NCBI RefSeq assembly: GCF_009914755.1
Contig: NC_060926.1
Reading direction: 5' to 3' (one strand)
DNA from: the human T2T-CHM13v2.0 reference genome, Homo sapiens
DNA length: 64,000 nucleotides
Shown: positions 45,708-60,654 of the stretch, in pieces
Position numbering within the stretch: position 1 is the stretch's first letter
How the letters are laid out: each line of letters opens with the position of its first letter
Translations under genes and position numbers: made by a program
Notes under the pieces: generated by a model
What the model was told of the DNA's origin: nothing
Seen by the model: only the letters and a program-made list of their open reading frames with translations
The model's database searches: none

Positions 45708-45992
45708 TGGCTGGCCTTGGTGGCTGATGCCTGCGATCCCAGCACTTTGGGAGGCTGAGGCAGGAGGATTGCTTGAGCCCAGGAGTTGGAGACAAGGCTG
45801 GCAAGACCCTGTCTCTACAAAAAAAATTGAAAAGTTAACCAGGCACGGTGGAACACGCCTGTAGTCCCATATACTTGGGGGGCTAAGGTGAGGATTGCTT
45901 GAGCCTGGGAGGTAGAGGCTGCAGCAAGCTGTGATCATGCCACTGCATTCCAGCCTGGGCAACAGAGTGAGACCGTCTCAAAAAAAAAAAAA
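45708..45992 (+). mobile_element. AluJ
   Basis: Dimer with poly-A; a(t/c)tactctgg-like flanks. Confidence 0.88.
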
Positions 45993-46184
45993 TTACTCTG
46001 GATTGTTTAAACTCCAGGTAAGCAGCTATTTGACTAGACAATAAGGACAAATCAAGACCTCCCCCAGTCTCCTCTGGCTCTTTTATAGAAAAACCTTTAT
46101 TATATTCCTGTAGTTAATTTTCAGTAAGAATGGATATTTTCACCAATATTTTTTGTCAGAAATAACAGGAGAAACAGCAAGTTA

Positions 46185-46405
46185 GGATGAAAATGGAATT
46201 GAACTAGATGGTGAAAGGTTTGGATTTGAATCCTAAGTGACTTTGACACTGATTCTTTTACCTTGGCTATCCTCTTCTATAAAATAGAAATAATAATATT
46301 AGACTCTCCTAAGTATCTCACAGGGTCATTGGGAAGATTAAATAAAAAAAAATGACCAGTGTTTTATAACCTTCAAAGTGATTCATGGATGTAAAATATT
46401 GTTAT
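46185..46405 (+). mobile_element. MIR
   Basis: tggatttgaatcc...cttctataaaatagaaataataata...tctcacagggtcattg. Confidence 0.6.
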
Positions 46406-46544
46406 CATTATTCATTTATTTACCAAACTCACACCCATTCCTACTGTGTATTTGGCCTGTGCTAAGTCTGGGGATGTAAAAATGAATGAGACCAACCTTA
46501 AAGGTCTATGGTCTATTGGAAGTAGCAGTGATGTAAAGACATAA

Positions 46545-47090
46545 TTATAGGTATATACTCAAAAGAATTTAAAACAGAGACTCAAACTCACGCTTGCATG
46601 CCAGTGTTCACGGCAGCGTTATTCGCCATAGCCAAAAAGTGGAAACAGCCCAAGTGTCCATCAACAGATGAATGGATCAGAATATGGTATGTATATTCAA
46701 TGGAATATTATTCAGCCATATAAAGCAGTGAAGTTCTGACACATGCGGCAACATGGATGAGCCTTAAAAACATTACATTAAGTGAAATAAGGCAGACGCA
46801 AAAGGACAAATATTATATGATTCTACTTGTATAAAATATCGGGAACAGGCAAATTCATAGAGACAGAAAGGAGATTAGAGGTTACTAGGGTCTCGGGGGA
46901 GGTAGGAATGGGGATTTACTGCTTAATGGATACAGACTTTCTGTTGGGGGTGATGAAAAGTTTTAGAAATAGTGATGATAGTTGCACAACATCGTGAATT
47001 TAATTAATGCCACTGAATTTATGCACGTCAAAATGTTTAAAACGGCAAATTTTATGTTATATGTATTTAACTACAATAAAAAATAGCAAA
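46545..47090 (+). mobile_element. L1MB 3' end
   Basis: agccaaaaagtggaaacagcccaagtgtccatcaacagatgaatgg...aatgccactgaa...acaataaaaaa. Confidence 0.9.
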
Positions 47091-47173
47091 AACAAATAAA
47101 TGGGTCAGAGTTCAACTAAAGACAATAGAAAAAAGCGCAGAGTAAACCTAAAGAAAGAATAATGAAGGAAATA

Positions 47174-47575
<402 letters not shown>

Positions 47576-47990
47576 CTACTAAATAAATATGTAGTAATTA
47601 TAATAAGATGTGCTAAAAGATGCCTCCAAAGTGATATGAAGAAACTCCTGAACTCCAGAAGGCTTCAAAAAAAAGACAAGCTTTTTGCAGTGTGGACTAG
47701 GGGAGGAGAGCAGGCATTTTCTAGGGCAAGGATGTGGTGATGACCATGGAGTCTGCCAAGCAGAGAGACTCTTGTTCTAGTCACCATTGTTCCCTCTTCC
47801 TAGTCCAATGTCTCCAACCAGGGTACTTAGGAAATGTTAGCTAAGTGAATAAACATTTTCCTTTAGTTCTGCAGTGTGTCTTTTGTCTATCCACAAATTT
47901 TATGACATAAAATTTCTTATGCCCTTTATCTATAACTTTGGATGTCCAATCCCACACTACAGTCTTTTATGACATAGCTGTGTGATGCTA

Positions 47991-48137
47991 TTTTATTTTG
48001 TTTTCTTTCTTCTAATAGAGACAGGGTCTTGCTATATTCCCCAGGCTGATCTCAAACTCCTGGGCTCAAGTCATCCTCCCACGTTGGTCTCCTAAAGTGC
48101 TGGGATTACAGGCATGCACCACCCACTGCACCCAGCC
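47991..48137 (-). mobile_element. FLAM
   Basis: TSD ctgtgtgatgctatttt / ctgtgatgctatttt. Confidence 0.85.
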
Positions 48138-48256
48138 TGTGATGCTATTTTCCTAAAGACACTACATGAGAAGCTCCTACCCTTTCTCCATTTCAGCTGC
48201 AAGAGGCTTTCAAAACCTAGGCCCGAAAGCTAAAAACTTCTGAACTGTTGAAATGG

Positions 48257-48430
48257 GGCCGGGCGCGGTGGCGCACGCCTGTAATCCCAGCTCCTCGGTG
48301 GGCTGAGGCTGGAGAATCACTTGAACCCGGGAGGCGGAGGTTGCGGTAAGCCAAGATCGCGCCATTGCACTACAGCCCGGGCAACAAGAGTGAAACTCCA
48401 TCTCAAAAAAAGAAAAAAAGAAAAAGAAAA
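48257..48430 (+). mobile_element. Monomeric Alu (AluSp/Sq-type right arm), CpG-rich
   Basis: TSD gaaatgg (48250-48256, 48431-48437). Confidence 0.88.
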
Positions 48431-48982
48431 GAAATGGAAATCCACATGCAACAATGGCTATCCAAATACCTTAAGGATACATTTGAGGGTGGGTGTACCC
48501 ATCTTGTGCCCCATCTCCTAGAAACTGGTGTTTGCTGTGGGCAAATGAGGTGCCAGGAGAAGGTACTATTGCTGCCTAAGGGCTGCAGCACATGGTCGTG
48601 CAGGTTGTCTACTGTACAAGAGTTCCTGGCAGAAGCAGGGAGGGCCGCTGAAAAACAGCCAGTATTCCATTTACCAAGTCGTGCACCCTGGGGCTTCATC
48701 CCCCCATATAAAAGAAGACTTTTTCTAATTAGTACAAATACGTCAGGCAGGTATGGGCTAATTGCAGCCTTGTGTCCCCAGCTGTCACCATTACTGTCCT
48801 GGCTAGGGGAGATTTAGTGTCTGACTCTGTCCCTTCAAAAGAGCCCCCTCAATTCTCTTCAGTGTCAAAGCATCTTTTCAGAAGATCCTTTCAAGCCCTT
48901 TGGTGAGTGACTAACCCACCACCGGCAGTCCACTAGTGGAGAATTACCTTCTGCCAAGAGACCTTAGTTCTGTAAAAAGGCA

Positions 48983-49082
48983 AAGAAAGAAAGATAAGCT
49001 GGGGCAAGAAAGAAAGATAAGCTGGGGCAAGAAAGAAAGATAAGCTGGGGCAAGAAAGAAAGATAAGCTGGGGCAAGAAAGA
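48983..49082. repeat. Perfect 23-bp tandem repeat, 4.3 copies (aagaaagaaagataagctggggc)
   Basis: Identical units at 48983, 49006, 49029 and 49052, plus a partial unit. Confidence 0.97.
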
Positions 49083-49127
49083 TGAACTCATTCGGCCACG
49101 CTGCTCTCGCCCTGTGGTTGCTTCTTC

Positions 49128-49146
49128 TGCCACTAGATGGCGTCCT
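49128..49146 (+). promoter_or_regulatory. Candidate CTCF binding site
   Basis: tgCCACTAGATGGCGtcc closely matches the CTCF core motif, in unique sequence with retained CpGs. Confidence 0.65.
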
Positions 49147-49587
49147 CGCCTAAGTACTGGAAACACTTTCCTGAGGATGGAATTTGAGAGAGGAAGCTGG
49201 GTTGCAGCCGCTGTCCGTGTGGAACGTTTGGCTGATCCCAGCTTCATTATTATGCGATTTGAAAATACCTGCTCATCCTGTCAAGAAATTTTATTGAGTG
49301 GAATAATTGTTTCATGGCACTCGTCAAGTTCATGCACAGCCTGTCTCCTTTTCTTCTCCCTCTGACTCCTGCAGTCAGCCGATGTTTAAACCCAGGAGAC
49401 GCAGGTCAAGCCACAGGGAGCTCAGCTTCCTGACATCCACCTGAGAAATGCCAGGAGGGCTTACTGATAACATAATGGATGTCAGTTTAATAAATTCTGA
49501 CTCAAGGTGACATATAGCTATTTACAGAGATATAACATATTAACATATATATTAACATCTATCATTTTAGCATTAATCATTTCGGCA

Positions 49588-49950
49588 TCTTTTTATTTGA
49601 GGCATCATTTATATATTTAAATGTATATAAATGATGCCCCAAATAAATATACCATATACTTAAATCTATAAATATATAAATTTATTATTTATTTATATAT
49701 AAATACATGGTATATTTATTATTTATATATTTATTTATTGTATATTTATTTAAATATATGAATGCTGCCCCAAATAAATATACCATACACTTCAAATGTG
49801 TGCCTTTAAATGTATTTAAAAGTGTGCCTTAAGTGTACGGTTCAGTGAGTTTAATAAATGTATACACCAGTGTAGCCACCGCCCCCATTAGGACACAGAA
49901 CACTTCCATCACGCTGGTACATCGTCTTGTCCACCTTCAAAGTCAATTCC
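49588..49950 (-). mobile_element. L1ME 3' end containing a palindromic AT-rich insertion
   Basis: ttaagtgtacggttcagtgagtttaataaatgtatacacc...cagaacacttccatcac. Confidence 0.7.
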
Positions 49951-50347
49951 CATGAGCTGAAGAGGCTCAAGGCTCAGAGAAGAGCAAACAGTGGGTGAAG
50001 GGAGTGTGTGGCCTTCAGGCTAATGTGCACTGTAAGAGGCTAAATGAGACTCTTGATCACTCACAGCCTCTGTTTTGTATTTTCCTAGAAAAATCAAGTA
50101 ATCATTTATTTTTAAGGAAAACAATGGCATTTTAAGAGCCACCTCATTTTACCTGACATTTTATTAGTTTTTCTTTCACATATATAAATGCACAAAATTC
50201 TGTAAAATATGTTTAGTCATCACTTCATGATTTGGTTCTTGTGACTTTTTTTTCACTATGCAGTTGTCAGGATGCAGCTGAGAAAATTATCAGAGCTATT
50301 CAGTGAGATCAATTGTGTATTTTGAAAATAATTTTTCCTGAAGAGCC

Positions 50348-50707
50348 TGATATGGTTTTGCTCTGGGTGCTCTTGGGTGTCCCCACCCAAATCTCATCTC
50401 GAATTGTAATCCCCAGGTGTCGAGGGAGGGACCTCGAGGTAATTGGATTATGGGGGCGGTTTCCCCCGTGATGTTCTCATGATAGTGGGTGAGTTCATGA
50501 GATCTGATAGTTTAAAAGTGGCACTTCCCCCCTCACTCTCTCCTGCCAACACGTAAGACGCCTTGCTTCCATTTTACCTTCTGCCATAATTGTAAGTTTC
50601 CTGAGGCCTCCCCAGCCATTCAGAACTGTGAGTCAATTAAACCTCTTTTCTTTATAAATTACCCAGTCTTGGGTGTTCTTTATAGCATGTGAAAACAGAC
50701 TAATACA
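50348..50707 (+). mobile_element. THE1D-like solo LTR
   Basis: tgatatggtt...gtccccacccaaatctcatc...gagtcaattaaacctc...gactaataca; TSD gagcc / gggcc. Confidence 0.9.
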
Positions 50708-51054
50708 GGGCCAATCCAAGCATTCTTCAGCTCAGGAGTTTAACTCATTTGTCAGCTTACACTAGCTGTGTCTTTATTACTATGCTAGAAAAATGCGATG
50801 ATTTCGCCTAAAAGATTGACTTCTTTAATATAAACTTTTAATGGAAGCATAACATACATACAGAGAAACACACAGCTCAATGAATTTGCCAAAAGTGAAC
50901 ACAACCATGTAATCAGTGCTTAGATCAAGAAACAGAATATTATCAGAACCCCAGAAACCCTTCTAGTCACCCCAAGGGTAACCATTATCCTGACTTTTAA
51001 AACCATAGATGAATTGCACTTGCTTTTGAATTTTCTATCAATAACATAAAATAA

Positions 51055-51482
<428 letters not shown>

Positions 51483-53288
51483 TCGTTTCACTATTGATGG
51501 ACATGTAAATTATTTCGGTTATTAGTTATTACAAATAATGCTCCTATAAAATTCTTTGAAAATATCTTTTCATGAACACTGTTACGCATTGCTGGGTCAT
51601 AGGACACACATTTGTTCAGCTTAAATTGATGCTGCCAAACTGTTTCTCAGTGTGGTTCTACCAATTTACATCCCCACCAGCAGTGTATAGAGTAGCAGTT
51701 GCTCCAATCTGATAACATTTGGTATAACTAGTCTTTTTCATTTTGGACATTCTGGTGTGTGCAGCAGTATCTCACCAGGCTTTGATTTGCATTGCCCTGA
51801 AGACTAATCAAGTTGAGCATTTTTTTTTAATGTGCTATATTGGCTATTTTGATATTCTGTTTTATAAAGTGCTGTTGAAGTCTTTTACCAATTTACTGCA
51901 AAATATTTGAATAGGCACTTTACAAAAATTTAATTTTTTCTTTATTTTTAGTTATTCATTTTGAGATAATTTTAGACCTCAGGAAAAAGCCTACAAAAAA
52001 TCTTGTGTTTCCTTCATCTGGCTTGATATCTCGATATCTTACATAACTGTAGCTAATCTCAAAATCAAGAAATTAACATTGGTACCCATCTTCAGAGCTT
52101 ATTACGATTTTAACAATTGTCTCGCTAATGTCTTTTTCTGGGCCAGGAATCAAGCCAGGATCACACATTGTATTTACTTGCCATGTCTCCTTAAGTCTCC
52201 ATTAACCTAAGTCAGTTCTTCAGTCTGTCTTTCGTGACCTTAACGTCTTTGAAGAGAACTGGCCAGTTAGTTTGTAAAGTGCCCTCAATTTGTATTTGTC
52301 TAAAGGAAACACTCAAGTTAAATATGGTTATGGATCTTTGCAAGAAATAATGTATCCTTCTCAGTTCATATCAGGAAGAACACAATGTCAATATACTTTA
52401 TCAGTGGTAAAGTTAGCTTGGATCATTTGGTTAAGGTGGTATCTGTCTTGTGTCTCCACTGTACTGTTACTATTTTATTTCTCTTGTAGTTAATAAATAT
52501 ATAATGAGGCAATATGTAAATATCCTGTTCTTCTCATGCTTTTGCTCCATAGTGCTTTTACTTCGTTGCTTCTCTATATGATCTTGCTATGAGCCCTTTT
52601 TTGATACATGTATTGTAAATATCTTATCCTACTCTAAGTCTTGCTTACTCACTCTCTTAGTGTCTTGATGAGCAGAAATTCTTAAGTTTAATATAACTGA
52701 ATTTATTTATTTTTCTTTATGGTTAGTCTTTTTTATGTCCAGTTTAAGAAATCAAACCTTCACCTACCACAAGGTCATGAAGATATTAACCTATGTGTTC
52801 TTCTAAAAATGTGTTTTCCTTTTCATGTTTGAATGGCCAATCTATCTGTGATTCATTCTTATTTAAATAGGTATCAAAATTCATTATTTTTTCACATGAT
52901 ATCCAACTGATCTAGCATCATTTATAGAAAAGTCTGGCTTTTCCTCACTACACTGCCAACTTTGTCATAAATCAGGTGACCAGAAAGGTGAGGGCCTGTT
53001 TCTGCCCTCTGTCTTCCATTCCGTTTGTCTATTTCTCTATCTGTATATGAATACCACACTGACTTTAAGTGTCATATTGTTGAGTCTTGATAGTTTTATA
53101 TCTCTGGCATTGATCTTTTTCTTCAAGATAGACTTTGCTCTTTTTGGTCGTTTGCATTTTGGTCTAAACTTTAGGATAGGTTTGTCAGTTTCTATATACA
53201 TACCTCAAACTCTTGATGAGATTTTTTGGCTCATTTGAATTTATAGATCAATTTGGGAGCATTACATATTTACCATATTAAATCATAA

Positions 53289-53639
<351 letters not shown>

Positions 53640-53750
53640 TAATTTTCAGTGTAGTGGTCTTATACAACTTCCATTGATTTATTCCTAGGCATTTGATGTT
53701 TGACAATTTATTTTTAAAACATGACTACACGAGAAGAGAGTAACATAGAG

Positions 53751-53978
53751 CAGTGGTTCTCAATGGGAAGCTATTTTTGTCACCCAGGACATGTATGGCA
53801 ATGTCTGGAGACATTTTTGGCACAACTTAGGGGTGGTGCTACAGGTGTCTGGTGGATAAGCAGAAATGCTGCCTAACATCCTCCAATGCCAGGACAGCTG
53901 CCCCACAACAAAGAAACATCCAGCCCAAAATGTCCACAATGCTATTCTCGGGAAATCCCAGGATAAAGTTAAGAACTT
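53751..53978 (+). mobile_element. MER20 (hAT-Charlie)
   Basis: cagtggttctcaa...ggcaatgtctggagacatttttgg...cccacaacaaagaa...cagcccaaaatgtc. Confidence 0.8.
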
Positions 53979-54367
53979 CCAGAAAGATATCACTTCATAG
54001 TCATTATTTTTATACACTGTTCATGGATTTTTATATTTCACACGAAGTGATTTACAGTGACATTTTCATCATATTAGTTTTTATTACTGGGGTGTGAATA
54101 AAATGTACTGTGTTCAGTTTATAAAAAGATGTTATAATTGTTGGGAGATAATTCTCCATGGCTTCTGTGTTTCTGGAAACCTTCTGAGCAAAAGGCATTG
54201 ACAGTTTGATTCACAGATATTTGCATAACAGACAGTCTTGGAAAGATAAAGATAGTGACTCCCTGCAAAGAGATTTGGAGCTGCCTCTTCCTGAGATATT
54301 CCAGGGTAACAGAGCTAGAGACCGTGCCCTTTATTCCCTGAAGATTTGCTTACATTCTCCAGGGAGG

Positions 54368-54507
54368 GGCCAGGCACGATGGCACACACCTGTAATCTCA
54401 GCACTTTGGGAGGCCAAGGCGGGAGGATCGCTTGAGGCCAGGAGTTTGAGACCACCCTGGGCAACATAGTGAGACCGCACCTCTACTTTTATTTAAAAAA
54501 AAAAAAA
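54368..54507 (+). mobile_element. FLAM
   Basis: Left monomer with A tail. Confidence 0.85.
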
Positions 54508-54519
54508 TTCTGTTTTTTA

Positions 54520-54825
<306 letters not shown>

Positions 54826-56258
54826 TCCAGGAGGATAAGCAAATTTGTGAGCAGTCTCCTTCTAAGATGGGGGTTTCTGAGGTTCAATGTTCTTCAGCTG
54901 TGACATAGACCCACTGTCTGCTCAGTATCCACCTGGGCCTGCCTCCACATGGCCCCTATGCGACTTGGAGGTAAAAGAGAACCTACGTAAACATGCTGCT
55001 CATGCTGCCAGCTGCACTGTAAGAAACTGTCTAAATCTGTTTGGGTGTGTTTTCTCCTTACTGGTTGAATCTATGGAAGATTGGTAAATTGACCTAACAG
55101 CTGCAGTAATCTCTGCTGCTTAGGGATTGCTTGATAATGACCCATTAGCAAGGCCTACTGCCAATGTAGGAACGGGAGGAGGCACTACTAATGTCATATA
55201 TTCGCTTTCTCCATCCAGTAGTGATGACAGGGAAGTGCTGCTGGGTAAGGCAAAATTATGTCTCCACCAACAGTTCCCCAAACCTGCCTTTTAGGTCGAT
55301 GGGTTTGAAGTGCTGGCCCTGAGGAGTGCTGGCCTCAAGAAGCCAAAAGCCACGATGTCACTATTTATATTAAAATTCATGAGTTTGTTGTAGTCACCAG
55401 TAGGCCTCCCTGTGTCTACCAGGATGCAGAAGGTAACAACATAGGGCCTGGTTCCATCCCACTCAATGTTTGAGACTTATTTCCTGGAGGCTGGGTCCTA
55501 GTTTTATTCTTGGGGTCTGGAGTCTCCTGCAATGACTGGGTCTTTGTTAATTAACTTCAGCACAACTGGCTCCCTTCCCTTCTTGCATGAGGCTTCTCAG
55601 ACCTCTAGTGGACTTTTCTATCCATCTGCCAGACCTACCCAGACTTGCTCGAACTTAGCAGTGGCCACAAACTTAGCTCAAGCTGAAAGCTCTACTACAA
55701 AAACCTGTATGAAAGAGCTGAGTGATGATGCTGACTCTCGCCCTGGACTATTTGCAGCTGCTTTGTTTTTGAAAATAGCCAACTTAACTGCAGTCACTTC
55801 AGCGCAATCCACATCCACCTAGAGTATTTGTGAAAACAAATGAGACCATGTTGACCCCTATGATCAGAGCTTATTTTCATAATGATGGCTTGGTTTGATG
55901 ACGCTTGAATATGAGCTGCGGCTCAGCAGCAGAAGGGCACAACCTCAAAAAGCAGATGTTTTTTAAAAAGCCAATAATTGAATTAAAAAAGGCTTCCTTG
56001 TCAGCTGTCATGCATCTGAGTAAAGGGTGGGGTAGGACACTACCTTGGAAGCAATGATCTGCAAATGCATTATTTGACTGTCAAACTATGCTGAACTTTA
56101 TACTGATATGATGCAAATGATCAACCTCCCTGTGGTCAAATAAGGTTTCTCTTTTTGTTGAGCTGCAGCAGTTCATGGCAAGCAAAACAGGTTTTGGGGA
56201 AGGAAAGAAAGGGTGTCGCTCCTTTGGGGCAGGAAAAAACAGAAATACCAAATGCTGA

Positions 56259-56587
<329 letters not shown>

Positions 56588-56780
56588 CTTAGTTATGTGT
56601 TCTGTAGAATATTAGATTTTACCCTTGATGGGAGTGGGGTTGTGGGTGTCGCTCGCTGTGTCTGTAGATCAGGTAAACGAGAAGTTCTGAGAATATCTAA
56701 TATCTGATATCTAGAAGTGATATAAACTGGGCAATACCTCTTCCCAAACAGCAGTAGAGTTCATCGAGTAAAGAGTATTA

Positions 56781-57117
<337 letters not shown>

Positions 57118-57598
57118 TCAAGAAGCGGTGCTGATCGAAGTCATGTTGCTTATCAGTTACCTTGCTATGCCATACATTATTTAGAGGCCCAGGTTGGATG
57201 TGGAGCAAGCTGTGGGTGCCACCTTTTCCTTGGAGACCATGATCTGTGACTTTCTTAAGGTCACCAGTTAGGAAATGGTAAAGTTGAGATTCAAACTCCT
57301 ATTTTTATTTTGGAATTTAGTGAGGTTTTCTTTGCAAATAAATATGTTGTCAGTTTTTGTAAATGTTTAGTAGACAACTGAAAAAAATAGCCTTTAATAG
57401 TAAAATGAAGCATTATTAAAAACGCTTGTTCTTGTAGATAGAGTAAATTTTCATCTTTAGGGATATTGAGGCAAAATGTTTATTTACTTAATGAAAATTA
57501 ACATCTGAATTAGTCTTAAGATTTACTGGAAAATAAAACATGAAGAATTATTGGTGTTAAGCTATTAATCTGCTATAACAGCTGTCATCTTAGATCTA

Positions 57599-57950
<352 letters not shown>

Positions 57951-58563
57951 AAAGAAAATAAGGTGTTTTCTGTGAACTCTAGTCCAGTTCATAAATATTA
58001 ATTCTGCCTTATGAATAATAATATTCAGATTTGTCCATTTTTGGCCTGTTTTAATCTATGAAAGACAAAGCAGAAGCTGTTTAAAATTTACTTTTGCTTC
58101 ATACTGTAAAACTTAAAAAATATTTTCTTCTTTGACCTCTTAGGTGTTATGTTTTTTATGTTCCCGAATTTTTTTTACAGTTCTATATAATTTTTTATGC
58201 TTACTCATCCTTGAAGGTTGAAAACTCTATCCATGCTTTGCATTTGTTCCAATATGGGATGAGCTATTTTTTTTTTTTAATCTGGCCTTACTGAATCAAT
58301 GAGCTAATTCTTTTTGGCTCCCTGCCTGTCTATTTTGATGCTCTTAGAATCTTCCTCTCATTATCCTAGGCTGCAGGGTTGGGTACCTTCCAGCAGCTTG
58401 AAAGGATGGTGGAGGAAGCCATCTGGCAAGGAAAGTCACCCTGGCAAAGTTTCTTCTCAAGGCTTTGCTAACCCACTGTCCCAAGGAGCCAAAGGTTATC
58501 TGGCCTCTAGTCTCTCCTCCTCACTGGCCAGCAGCCAGACTGGACGTGGCCTGGCCATCCTCC

Positions 58564-59049
58564 TGAGACTACCATTGCCAATATTGTAACAGTGAGAGAA
58601 ATCGAACATAGCTGACTCCATCTTGCTTCTGACCTCACAAGCTAACTGCCTTCGTGCATTCCTGCATGTAGACTAAGCTAATCATGGAAACAATTTAGAT
58701 TATAGTTTAACTGTAGAACTAATGATTACCTCTGTTTTGAAATAGACCCCTGAGGAGATAAGGAAGTATGCACACAACATTTAAACAATGCTGTCTTGAC
58801 GATTTATAGCAATAACGTGGACCTGACAAGCATTTGACCATGAACAAAGAAGTTTTGCAACCTCCTTGGAGCCCTGCTGATGCCCAGATGTCTGTGGTCA
58901 CCAGTCACCTCTAGACCTTAACCCCTCTCTGTTCTCCCTTCCCCTAACATAAAAGGAGCCAAAAAAATCCATGAACTTAAGATGATTCTTTAGGACACTA
59001 GGCCACCATTTTCTCAGTTTGCTTGCTCCCCCCAAAAAAGTCATCTTCC
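58564..59049 (+). mobile_element. ERV1 (MER4-group, LTR8-related) LTR, copy 1
   Basis: tgagactacc...acagtgagagaaatc..acatagctgactccatcttgcttct; direct repeat of 59357-59820. Confidence 0.8.
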
Positions 59050-59099
59050 AGCGGGGTGCAGTGGCTTAAACCTGTAATCCCAGCACTTTGTTTCTCCGG

Positions 59100-59350
59100 T
59101 TTTTGAGATAGGAGGGGCCCTCTAGTAGTGTCAACTTGAGTATAGTGTACCCACAGTTTTATTCCAGCAAACTTCACTGATGAGTGGGTATTCAGCAACA
59201 TCTCAAACAATCCCATTCACTTGTTCCTTCTAGGTGTCATTCCACAGTCACCCCTTGTCAACCCTGCCCACTTCCACTGAAAGTAGCCAAATGAGAGACA
59301 ACATCCTGTTGTCCCCAAGTCCACAAGATTATGGAATGAACCTTTGATAC
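59100..59350 (-). mobile_element. ERV pol (integrase C-terminal) fragment
   Basis: Minus frame K*MGLFEMLLNTHSSVKFAGIKLWVHYTQV resembles the gamma-type integrase W.GP..VLL.T...VK..G...W.H motif. Confidence 0.55.
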
Positions 59351-59356
59351 TGGGGA

Positions 59357-59889
59357 ATTGTAACAGTGAAAGAAATCTAACATAGCTGACTCCATCTTGC
59401 TTCTAACCTCACAAGCTAACTGCTTTTGCTCATTCCTGCCTGTAGGCCAAGCTAATCATGGAAAGAATTTATTTTATATTTTAACTGTAGAACTAATGAC
59501 TATCTGTCTTTTGAAACAGACCTCTGAGGAGGTAAGGAAGTATATACACAAGTAACAATGCTATCTTAAAGATTTATAGGAAAAGGGTGGATCTGACAAG
59601 CAGTTAACTATGAACAAAGAAGATGTGCAACCTCCTTGGACCCCTGCTGATGCCCAGATGTCTGTGGTCACCAGTCATCTCTGGACTTTAACTCCTTCCC
59701 TGTTCCCCTTTCCCCCAACATAAAAGGAGCCTAAAAATCTATCGACTTAGGGTGCTTTAGAACACTAGTCCACCATCGTCTTGGTTTACTGGCTCCCTGA
59801 AACAAAGTCATCTTCCTTGCCCCAACACCTTGTCTCTCAACTTGTTGGCTGCTGTGCAGTAAGCAGTATGAGCTTTGGACTCAACTGCA
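59357..59889 (+). mobile_element. ERV1 (MER4-group) LTR, copy 2
   Basis: Colinear with copy 1; carries an LTR-like 3' end (agcagtatgagctttggactc...ca). Confidence 0.8.
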
Positions 59890-60014
59890 GTATCAGAGGG
59901 GAGACTTGCCACTCTGGGAAAAAAAAAAATCTCCTATTTGCATGTCTTGGGCCATTTCAGTGAGTATTTAGAAAGGAGATTCAGAAGTCTAGGCTAAAAC
60001 CCAATTTTACCTGG

Positions 60015-60612
60015 CAGTGTTCTGCTTGTCTATCGCTCCAAAAAATAACACTCAAAATTCAGGGGTGTGAAACAATCACAATCATTTATTATTATCTCTC
60101 ATGATTCTGGTGATTGACTGGGCTCAGCTAGTTAGTTCCCACTCAGAATGTGTCAACTGGCTACCATGAGACAGCGATCATACTGGAGTGGCCTTGAAGG
60201 CTTCCTAGTCACATGTCTGGCACTGGGACAGGGAAAACTCAAACTGCTGGGGCATGAAACAGCCAAAGCTCCTTGACTCTTTATTTTCATGGGTTCTATT
60301 TACATGATCTCTGCAACATGGTGGTTTCAGGGCTGCTGTACTTATATACTCCAAAGGCACATGTTCTGAGCAAGAGAGCTAACCGATGCCTAGAGCTAGA
60401 TGACCAGGTCTCCTTTTAAGACCCAGTTTTGAAAGTCACATAGCATTACTTTGGTTGTGCAGTCACAGAAACCCATCTAAGAAGCCTACCTGGGTTCAAG
60501 GGGAAAGGACTTAGATGCCACCTCTTGATTGAGGTGGGGGGCAGGGTTTTTGGAAGAGCACATGGGACTGAACATATTGTTGCTGCAATTCTGAAAAATA
60601 CAATCTGCAGCA
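60015..60612 (-). mobile_element. MLT1 (F/G-like) LTR
   Basis: catttattattatctctcatgattctgg...gactgggctcagctag...gaaaaatacaatctg. Confidence 0.7.
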
Positions 60613-60654
60613 GGAAGTTTAATGCAGCTTGTAGAATTAATAAATGATTGTATA

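Noticed and set aside
48927-48943. Second CTCF-like motif ccactagtggag
   Set aside because: It is one base short in the core and lacks GGC; it is more simply a 10-bp palindrome.
48983-49082. CRISPR-like array
   Set aside because: Units are head-to-tail with no spacers, there are no cas genes, and the context is eukaryotic.
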